Shown here: in pieces, positions 53,946 to 64,000 of the stretch
Numbering within the stretch: the stretch's first letter is position 1
How the letters are laid out: each line of letters begins with the position of its first letter
DNA from: the human T2T-CHM13v2.0 reference genome, Homo sapiens
Assembly (NCBI GenBank): GCA_009914755.4
Contig: CP068257.2
Coordinates: forward strand, 33,888,001-33,952,000
DNA length: 64,000 bases
Direction of reading: 5' to 3'
Made by a program: the position numbers and the translations under genes
Notes under the pieces: generated by a model
What the model was told of the DNA's origin: nothing
Database searches by the model: none
Seen by the model: the letters and a program-made list of their open reading frames with translations, nothing else

Positions 53946-56890
53946 CTGAAACTTACACAATTTGTGGAACTATGTAAGAAAAATAATACAAAATAGGAAA
54001 TACAAAATTAGTCATGAATGAGAGAATAAATCATAACAAATTACTGATGCCGTGGAGATTCAGGGCCTTTTGAATCTAGTTGGAGTAGGGAAGCCAGTGT
54101 GTGGTCAGGAAACATTGCTAGTCAATTGACTATTGACGAGATATCAATATCAACTATTCCATCCAAGAGATATCAACTATTCCATAATTTGCTCCCGGGA
54201 CATTCCATCTGCATTTCTAACTCATTTGCTTTGTATATTACGTTCTTTGACTTCACCAGGGCCTTCCTTGCCCTTCCATTTCCCCTAATCTTACTCACCC
54301 TGCTGTCTGGGATCAAGTACTGTACCATCCGTGACGCCACTAAAAGCCAGGGCCATTCCTCCCTCTGTGGTCTCCCAGAACAGTGTTTCCCAGGCTTTGA
54401 GCTGTGACTCATAAGCAAAGGCTGACAAAATTTAAAGAAGAAATAGATAAATCCACAACCATAGGTGGAGATTTTGATATCCCTCTCTAACTGATAGAAC
54501 AACTAGACTTTGAAAAGATGGGAATTGGGAAGTTTCAAATAACACTGTCGAACAATTTGACTTGTCCAGCTGTAGTAACTACAAAACTTCAGAATGCATG
54601 TTCTCTCAAATGCACGTGAAACAGCCACCAAGGGAACCATATCGTGAGCCATAAATCACATCTCAGTGACCTTCTGGGAACAGAGTATATTCTCTGACGG
54701 CAATAAAATTAAATTAGAAACCAATAGCATTAAGACATCTAGAAAATCTCCAAATATTTGGAAATTAATAACATACTGCTTAATGACTCACGGGCCAAAA
54801 AGGAAGTCAAAAATTAGAAAATGTTTGGAGGACCTATCATCCTTTGTTACAGAAAACTAAATGTATTTCCCATCTCATGTATAGATATGGAGGGAGAACA
54901 TCAGATTTTAAGCTTTTTCTCATTTATGCCACATCCTGTGATCAATTAACCCTCAAGTTACTAAGTTAGTAACTTCCAGCTAATGCACATCTCTTGTCAT
55001 TTTCAAGGACTAAGCAGAAAGAATAAAACCTTGTATTTAGAAAAACACAAAACTTGCAAAATATAAAAATAGCAAGAGGAGGGTGAGTCACTTCTCCTGG
55101 AGTGCTTCTGAACGGGTAACCCATTTGAACCTAGCTGCACTCGCAGCTGACAATCTTAAATCTGCATATGCAATTTGCCATTGGTTCATTTTCTTCTGCA
55201 GAAGATGGGAACCTCATTCACATAATTTTTGTACAGTCCCCCATACAATACCTTTCACCGTTGGGTACCATGGAGAGATTGGCAGGATGACCTACTGGAT
55301 GACAGCAGTGTCTCTCTTGGAGTTGTCTGCCAATGAGCTAGCTGGACTGGAGGCTCTTCTTGCCCAGTAAGAAAGACTAGGCGTAGTCCCGACCTCTCAC
55401 CTTGCCTCTGCTCAACAGCCAATGTCTCCAACCCAGGTTTGCAACTCCCCAGAGCAACTGGCACTTAAACTTGATCTGCTTTTCTTCTGACATTTTAGTG
55501 ACCTTTTCAAAGAACTCTCTAGAAAAATAGAGCAACAGGGAGCAGGGTCCCTGAACTGGAACACAACCCTGATGCATCCAACCATTTTTGGCTTGAAAAT
55601 ATTTCTCCCCAGTATCTGAGAAGTGATGTCCATGGTAGTCTGCGTCCTTCTGCCTGAAAGTGTGATACTCACTCGATACCTCCCTAGACCTTTTGCTAGA
55701 CAGGACTGAATGCATTAAAGTGATAACAGCTAGACCATTAACTGGCTCTCTTGGATGGAGCAACATACTAACTCAACACAGAAGATCACATTGGAGCCAT
55801 CTCGGCACATTCGCTCAGAAATACTCATTTTAAAACATCTTAAAGTGGAATTTATGGGATGAAGTCAATAACCCATATTATTACAAGTTTATAAATAACT
55901 TTTTCATTGGTAGATAGTTAATATCTTCACAGAGCTATAATTTTTCCACTGAATCCCCTGTATATAAGAACACCTTGCTTAAAAATTAAAAGTTAATAAT
56001 CTTTTTAAAAAGAATATCTTGTGTGTTTATTCAATTGGGTCTACAATTTCTGCATAAAGAATGTGTTCTGTATATATTATAGATGTTTCTGCAACCACCA
56101 CACATGGCCAGACTTATTTTTTTATTAATAAATATAACATGATGCTTTAGAATGTTTCATTGTCCTTTTTATTTAAATAAGTTATCAGCGTGCCTGCTGT
56201 ACCCATCGTAAGGACTCTGGGTACATTCATGAGATATATGTGGTTAGTTCATTTTCATGGTAAGATCTAGTTTTCCCTCCATGACTAATTCTAGTGTTTT
56301 AGACAAATATCATAAGAAATGCCTATCTTTGGAGCAGACAGATTTTGCAGAACTCTGTATATCTGCGCTCTGGACCTCTACACTGTAGTTACATCATTCT
56401 GAAGAAATTAGTAATATCCATCATATCCTTCCAACACGAGCAAAAACCACCAGGTGGGGATTGGGCAACAAGACAGATTAGCATTCTAATTGCATCTAAA
56501 GCAAAAAGTAAAATTTTTAAATAATAACTTTTGACATCCCTGGAAAGCCTGTAGCAGACCATCTTTAATTTTAAAAAAAATTAAAAGGTTGTCTCTAACA
56601 TTTCCCTGATGGTAACTTATACCACCAGTTTCTTAAGCACCTTCCATGGGCCTAACCCCAGCTATAATTCTGGCCCTCACTGGAGTTCCGGGCACATGAA
56701 AGCAAGGACTTGCTCATTTTGTCCACTGCTAAACCCTCATGGCTGGCCCAGTGCATGACACATGGAGACACTCAAGAAGTCTCTGTTGGTGGAGTGTGTC
56801 CACTACTGTAGGGGGCTTAAGGCTAGAGGCTCATTCCAGCAGGCACATTTCCTGGTCTGCCTTCATGGAGATAGGAGAAAGAGAACAATG

Positions 56891-57029
56891 GAGGGAGGGA
56901 GGGAGGGAGGGAGAGGAAGAACAAGAGAAGAGGAAAGGGAAGAGTAAGATGAGGAAGAAGAGGAAGAAGAAGAGGAGGAGGAGAGAGAGGAAGGAGAAGA
57001 GGAAGAGGAAAAGAAGGTGAGGAGGGGGG
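56891..57029. repeat. Long purine-rich tract: (GGGA)n then (GAGGAA/GAA/GGA)n, ~140 bp almost purely R on + strand
   Basis: ggagggagggagggagggagggagaggaagaacaagagaagaggaaagggaagagtaagatgaggaagaagaggaagaagaagaggaggaggagagagaggaaggagaagaggaagaggaaaagaaggtgaggagggggg. Confidence 0.95.
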
Positions 57030-60000
57030 AATAGATGATGTCTTGTGCTTTCATTACCCCAAAGCATTTGAGTCAAGCGTTAAGAAGTTATGCACTCAGA
57101 CAATAAATTAAACTTATCATTTTCTACCTGATATTTTAAACACCACATGGTTACTACCTTAAGAAATATGAGAAAATGGAATCATATTGGTTAACATGAC
57201 TTCCCATGTTTTGTTCCATATTCATAGGAGTGTCATTCCTAAAGTAAGCTTTTAGCTAGAACAAAAAAGCAAGAATCCCACTGCTCCATATTCTACTGCT
57301 TCCTACCAAGCTCCAACCAATGGACGCATAGGCAGGTCTTCTTTTGTCATGTCTCCTGCCAGTCTTCCTACCTTATCCACAGAAATCATTTTATATAGAT
57401 CCATAGAGTGTCACACCCAGGAGAGTCAAGTGTCATACTCAGGACCATCACTTGTCACAGAAGCAGCCTGCCCCCTTAGCCCACGGGACGCAGCTAATGC
57501 CCTTCTGAGACTATTGAGCTATGGTTTCATGGAAATTTCAAGGAAGGTTCTCACTAAGGCCATGATCTTAGCTTGGAGCATGGTCTCTAGGGCTGAATGA
57601 TCTTCTAGTAGTATGGGTTCACCATCCCTTTCCTTCCACCATGTGAATCTTCTCTCGGGCCTCCACTTCTCTATGGGCTTCAGTACTATATGCAGAAAGC
57701 CCCAACTCTGTGTCACTACAAGGAGCCTTGACCTTGACCTCCTATAGGAAAGGCACTGAGAGTTATCCCAAGGATAAAGACCCATCATTTTAGGACCAAT
57801 ACAGAGTCTAAAAGATCACAACATGAAAAGAGAGATCAGAGCAAAGATTAACAGAGCAGCACTTCTATTGCCAAGGGCAACAGGTTGCACCTAAAAATAT
57901 TTCTGTTTTAAAGGAGAAATAGTTCAAATGACTTCTTTAAAACAAATAAGCCTGATTTACTACACTTTACAGATTCCTATTTGTAAGAAAGAAAGTTCTA
58001 GACTTAGAAGATAAATAAATAAGTGAATACATAAATAAAAGTTTCTGACCCCATGGTCCATGCCCAGGACACATTCATTGACGACACGCATTCGTAAATA
58101 CTCTCTAAGAACTACACAGCTGTGGTTAGTCATATTGTTTCTTGATTAAGTAACTGTAGTTTCATTCAGATCCTTTTAAAAAGTACATTTTTAGCATATC
58201 TTCCATTTTAAAAATACATTCTCTCATTCTTGCCATTCATGTACTTTGAAACGCTTCCCTAAAGATCGACATCAACAGTGTTGAAAAAGAAAATATTTGG
58301 GAACAGGAATGAACCCTAGTGGAATGGGTTCCTACACCAAAGATCCTATGAATCCATGCTTCATTGTGCAAAGTGAACCCCTACTCTTATGGACCTGCTG
58401 CTAGAGCTCTGATAGGTGTTGAATGATCCCAGAACCTGAAGGACCTATTTGAATTCAGATCATTGGTCTTATCATCCTCAGTAGCTATATCTTTGTCAGT
58501 CTACAAGTACTAGCCTTGAAGTTTTATGACACTTTATTCTCATAAGGATCATTTTTTTTCCATAGCAGACAGACCCTACATACCCCTCAAGTAAACCCTT
58601 TTTTGCACTATAGAGTCTACGTCAAGGAATCCTCACTGTGTTTACATTCTGATTTTCAAACATTTCAATTTGTAAGTAAGTGTATGTGTTGCCTTCAGGG
58701 CAGTGTAAATAGCTTGCCCAAAAATCTCAGCATAAATTTTCACCTCTCCTTTCAAGGCCTCAATTCTCTTCTCTACCTCTGATGATGTATTGACTTGGGT
58801 ATTAATCATCTTTAAACATTTAATTACTGTCTGAGTGCCACGTCTCACCTTCAGTGCTGTTCCTCACAAAGCTGGATCCAGTACAGTACAGCATCTTTAA
58901 ACCAATGCACAACTAACAGATTTGTTGCTGCAAAATACTTTTATGCAGCATCAATAAAACCTCTCCAGCAAGCACAGAGAGCCAATGGTCAGAGTCCCAG
59001 GGGGCCTTCCACACAGGATACGCATCTTGTTACAGAATTCCTCAATGCCTTTTTGCTGTCTCCCTAATGACCAGTTAAATGGTCTCCCTCGAGGATGCTT
59101 GAGTCAGCGCCAGCTTGAAAACTGCTGAGGAAACATCCTCTTTTACTGGAAATGATTTCCATCCAACGGCCATGTGCCATATTTAGACTCACGGCTTAGT
59201 AACACCCAACAGAAGGGGCTAAGTTTGCAGAAGAGGAGGCCCTGTGCTGTGAGAAAAGAACTTGCTTTTGTCTGGCCAAGTGACCGCAGGGGCTGGAGCT
59301 GGTGAGTCTGTGGTGGTCTGGAACCCGAGGGACAGAAACGCTCCATTCTATCTGGAGAGACAGGCGTCTCTTCTGCAGGGCAGCTGGTTCTTCCCATGCT
59401 GCTTGTCTTACACATCAGAGACCTGACTGGGGAGGTGGTGATTCAAGTCTAGCCCACGTCTGCCTGGCAATAAGACATTAAAACCCAAGGACTCTGTTTG
59501 CCTGCGTTCAACAGGCGGGATGGATGGCAGGCAAATCTATCTTCATCTCCCTTTAAAAGTAAATCACACAAGAATGATATTAACATATCTTGAGTCACAG
59601 AGTAAAATTCTGCTAAAGAGCAGAACCACTGAATTATAGAGCTTTAAAATGTATCTATACATATTAACACTAATAATTTAATATAAACATTTAAGTGTGG
59701 ATATGAGATTTTAAGTGCTCTCTTTTCTCTCTCAGTTTTCCTTGGCCTCTCTATTCTCCCTGCTCCCCAATATCCACCCACATTAACTCATACAATCAAC
59801 TTAGCTTGCACCCTTCCATGTTCCTCCTCAGGTTCATCTAGTTTTATGCAGACACGTATACACATATCCACACAGATACATCCTTTATGTCATTATTTTC
59901 TTAAAAAGTAGAATCCCCTGTCAAACACTTCTCTGCATCTTGTTTTTCTCTCCCAAAAAGAGAAAGGAAAACACCCCCACATCAACCCCTATAGCTGTGA

Positions 60001-63000
60001 CTCAGTCTCTCTAATAGTTGTGTATTCCAGGCTATGGAAATTTCATAATTTTTCTATCCATTCCTTTATGGATAAGGCAAAACTTCTTGCAACTCTGTCT
60101 TGCTCTATTTCTATAATTTCCAACTGGAAATCAAAACAAAGAATTCTTACACAAATCTTACATGTATTTTCTTTAACAAAAACCAAGAAAAGTTCTCCCT
60201 TAAGCCCTAACACAAGCCCATCTTATTTTCAGTGCAGAGGGCAATGCTGTTTTAAAATGTGGGTTTTATGATTATCCAAGGACTATGAGGCCAACAGCTC
60301 AGGAAAGGACTACAATTGCAAAGATAGCTCATGACTCACGGTTCCCCCGAGGAGGAGGCAGCCATGTCATGCAGGGTCATATGCGGAAGCACCAGCGTTG
60401 GTCAGGAGGCTGAGGGAGTGAGGGGAAGGCATGAAAAGAGGCTTTATGAGGGATTCCAAGGAAGGAATGAGTATAGCAGGATAAGCAAGCTAAGCAGGTT
60501 TAGGGTTAGCTAGCTTGAATAACTTCTGCAGGCTCGAGTGTTTGGCAGCTGTCCTGGGTTGTCCAACATCTGCCCTTGGTGTGATTAGGGCAGGTAAACA
60601 GTGGCCCAGAGGTGGCTGGCAGGGTATGGGCTTTGGACTGATTGGCTTGCATATGAAAGGTGCTCTTCTAAGTTAGTTGATTGTTATCTTTGGGAATTAG
60701 CTAACGCTCTCCCCTCCAAGGGGCAGTCCCTCCTGACCCGTGAGACCGCAGGTGCCAGGGCTTCAAGAATACAGAAAATAAGAAAGAAGTTAATACAAAT
60801 GCCTAGACACTCAAGCAATGTTTGATAAATGATAGGCAGGCTGATCAAGGAAACACAATACACTCTGCCTCCTGCCCAAAGGCACAGCTCCACAGACTCA
60901 ACCAGGTTGTTGCATAGAGCCTTAGTCTCCGAGGGGTGCAAATGAGCTCCTTCCAAGGATGAGGTGGGGAGGAGTACTGTTGGGGCTGAGTGGCTGATAG
61001 CTAGCAGGACAGCATGAAGCATGCTGAGCTACAGCTGTGGCAGGGAGGATGATCATAGTTGCTGTTTGTTCTACAAAGCTTGCAGTCCTATCTAGAGACA
61101 CCTACTTGGCCTCAATTTCCTTGCTCTTTTGGCCAATTGCTGCACACTCTTGAGCAGCAAGTGGAATGGCAGAAGCCCCCTCCCTAGAGTTGGGGAGTCA
61201 GCTGCTAGTTCTTTGACCATGTTTACTTCTCCATTGAAGAAGCTCTCTGTCGTTCTGCCTCCAGCATCCCCACATCCCCTGCTCATGGGAGGAAGGATGA
61301 AATCAGAATTCTCCTTGCCATGCATGAAGAAGGATCTCATTAGACCTTGTATTGGGGCTTCTTTGCTAGTTATGTCCCTGTCCCCACACACACTGGTACA
61401 TAATCACTCTGTGTTGTATGCATTCATTCCTTGTCATTTTGTCATGCATTTATGAAGAGGATATAGGGTTAGAGATATGTTATTCCTGAAAATAAATATC
61501 TGTAAAGGGGATCATGAGTGCAACAAGACAAAATAAATCAAGGTGTTTGGATTTTTCCTCTTCCTCCCCGTCAGCCTTCCTCCCTCTATTCTTCCTCTTC
61601 ACTGTCTGGCCCTAATGCAGGTGTTGTTGAGTTTGAGTTAATTGAGAAAGAAAAAACTGAGTTTAAAACTAGCCAGTCCAATTTAATTCATTCAATAAGC
61701 ATGCACTGTGAGTCCATTCTATACAAGGCTTGCAGATGCTACAATGAGCAGCATGGTCCCTGCCTTCAAAACACTTGTTATTTAATGATAAAAAATGATT
61801 ATATATTAAGCATTGTCAAAAACTATGAAGGGTCTGAAATTATAACCTACTTGCAAGCTAACAAGTTAGTCTGCCACAATTTCATGGATGCTGGTAGAAG
61901 ACAGGAGACTCCTGGGTCAGAGACAAAGAACTTCATTACTCACAGCACAGCAGGCGGCATGAAGTTTGCATTTACTTTGGTTTCCCTTACCCCTCAACCC
62001 TTGCAGAGGTGAGGAGGAGAAGCCCAAGTGGAGGTTGCATACACAGTGAGTTTGTGTCACAACTGAGGAGCTACAAGCTTAGAACATCCAAATCTTCATA
62101 AAGGGCTGCAAGCAAACCTGCCGAACCCTTTGCCCCAGCAGGATACACTATCTCTATCATCCAAGGATGTGCACGAAACAAACATTCTTGAAAAGATAGT
62201 CCAGCAAAAAATGTAGTTACTGTTCTTCTTATAAGACATGCAGAACCATGAGGCACCTTGGGGAATTGTCTCCCTAAAAGCATTTACCACCTGTCAGGAA
62301 TTGTCTTAAATTCAGGATCTCACTTCATCATCACAGCCACTCCATTTGACATCCCACTTCCTATCCTGCAGTGTAAGAAATGGATGCATGCCTCAACTTC
62401 AGGCTCAACAATACATAAATAAAAGTGGCCAAAGAAATTGGATTCAAATCTGATTCCAAGTTGTGACCTGCATCCTCAAGAAGCTTGTCCATCTTCTTAT
62501 GGGAGGACAATCAACTGTCCAAAAGATGTATATTTTCCAGGTACATAGGTAGGAGTTTTGTCAAAGACAGGGTGATATTTACCACTCACCTCCTGACACG
62601 ACCTACCTACAACAAAACAAAACTCACTCAGGAGGGTCCTGACTATGTACTCAGAGATTATACCCATGCACAGGTAACGATGGAAGTCATGAGACAAATC
62701 TCAAATAGATTTAATAAGCTAAACCTCACAGGCAACTCTTTTCCTCCATGAAGGTATCTATCCTGGTCAAGGCATCAAAATGACCACAGTGTTACTGTAG
62801 TATGTATTTATCTGACAGGGTAGAACAATACCTTGAAATTTGCAAATTGAAGTATTGTAAACATAGGCAATTGCTATGTTTAGCTCGTGTTTCTCCATTC
62901 CAGAAATAATTATTTACAGCCCTCCTAGGGCCAAGCTGATTCTGCCTGCCCTTGCATTGTGGGCATTTTCCATTCACAGCCAGACCTGCCAAAAGCAGAG

Positions 63001-63625
63001 TATCTGAATGTTTTAACTGTGGGTTTTCTTTTTTTCAAAATCCGGTACATTTTTTTGGTATTTAATAAAGCATAATGAATAGCATTGACTATGATACCTT
63101 TCCAAACCTAGACATTTTAATTTCATCATTCCATGTTTAACCTAGGAAACAGTGGCTTGTTTAATGAATGTGCCAGTTTTATGCTTTGTGTTAATGTGAC
63201 CTAAGCGAAACACAATTAAATTTTAAATTAACATATCCTTATAAAAATAACTTAAATCTTTATCTTCTCTAACTCTTCCTCTGAAGAGAAAATTATGCTT
63301 CTGCCCAAAAAGTAGCAAGTGGAGTATGTGCCCAACTTCAGACTTGGCAGGGTGATGTTGCCCTTGGATATCAGGAATATCTGGATGCAAGGACACACTG
63401 ATAGACTCCATCCCCATCACTACCCTCCACCAAAAAAGAAAAAGAAAATAAACACTTCAGGCTTTTTTCAGTTATCGAAAATGTGTGAATGGTGATCCAT
63501 GTCTGGTCTTCATCCTAACTTCAATTCCCACCCTCAACCCCAGGCAACCCCTCCACCTCAATTCCATAGAACCTCCCTTAAATTCCCCCTTCAGCCAGTG
63601 GACAACACTGAGTGTTACTATGGGT

Positions 63626-63994
63626 TGTACTAGTCAGTTCTCATGCTGCTATAAGGACATACTCAAGACTGGATAATTTATAAAGGAAAAGGGTTTAATT
63701 GGCTCACAGTTCAGCATGACTGGGGAGGCCTCAGGAAACTTACAATCGTGGCGGAAGGGGAAGCAAACACATCCTTCTTCACATGGCAGCAGGAAAGAGA
63801 AGTGCTGAGCAAAAGGGGAAAAGCCCATTATAAAGCCACCAGATCTGGTGAGAATTCACTCACTATCGCGAGAACAGCATGGGGGAAAATGACATCCATG
63901 ATTCAATTACCTCCTACTGGGTTCCTCCCACAACACATCCAGAGATTACAATCCAAGATGAGATTTGGATGGGGACACAAAACCAAACCATATC
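63626..63994 (-). mobile_element. THE1-type MaLR solo LTR, minus orientation, complete (~369 bp); window ends 6 bp beyond it
   Basis: Reverse complement of 63994-63626 begins tgatatggtttggttttgtgtccccatccaaatctcatcttggattgtaatctctggatgtgttgtgggaggaacccagtaggaggtaattgaatcatggatgtc... and ends ...ccagtcttgagtatgtccttatagcagcatgagaactgactagtacaa, paralleling the THE1B consensus. Confidence 0.9.
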
Positions 63995-64000
63995 ATAGGT

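Noticed and set aside
55083-55370. 95-aa ORF ending near a cag/taag motif that superficially resembles an exon boundary
   Set aside because: The putative donor is TAAG, not GT, and there is no upstream acceptor or conservation signal I can see.
61518-62012. Longest ORF in the track (164 aa, + strand)
   Set aside because: No recognisable domain or motif and no start-site context; in a 64-kb AT-rich, CpG-depleted primate sequence an ORF of this size is expected by chance. No splice-site pattern suggests it is an exon.

Overview
This window is not prokaryotic DNA. It is primate (human-type) nuclear genomic sequence: AT-rich, CpG-depleted, non-coding and full of interspersed repeats. The only things I can support from the sequence are repeats and repeat-derived structures.

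About ten Alu SINEs are present, three or four of them young AluY-type copies with intact CpGs and perfect target-site duplications. There are two 5'-truncated L1 3' ends; the larger, about 1.34 kb, is an L1PA-like copy flanked by a 17-bp target-site duplication. Four THE1-type MaLR solo LTRs and several MST/MLT-type MaLR LTRs are present. The rest comprises MIR fragments, a MER5-like hAT MITE, a MADE1 mariner MITE palindrome and many microsatellites. There are also a few low-copy local duplications.

No ORF in the six-frame track looks like a real protein-coding gene. The longer ones lie inside L1 ORF2 remnants or Alu elements, and the rest are short random frames. I found no rRNA or tRNA genes, no CRISPR array and no operon-like organisation, so there is no evidence for a novel prokaryotic-style system.

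The points most worth a second look are:
- several apparently recent retrotransposon insertions, which may be polymorphic;
- a roughly 108-bp unit, present twice 4.5 kb apart, that carries a canonical branch point, polypyrimidine tract, AG acceptor, a 31-nt exon-like core and a GTGAGT donor;
- a perfect 62-bp tandem duplication;
- a 290-bp tandemly duplicated compound microsatellite block with an internal palindrome;
- a weakly CpG-enriched 500-bp segment;
- a MADE1 hairpin with near-identity to miR-548 family arms;
- a long GGAA/GAA purine tract.

The window could be intergenic or deep inside an intron of a large gene; I cannot tell from sequence alone.
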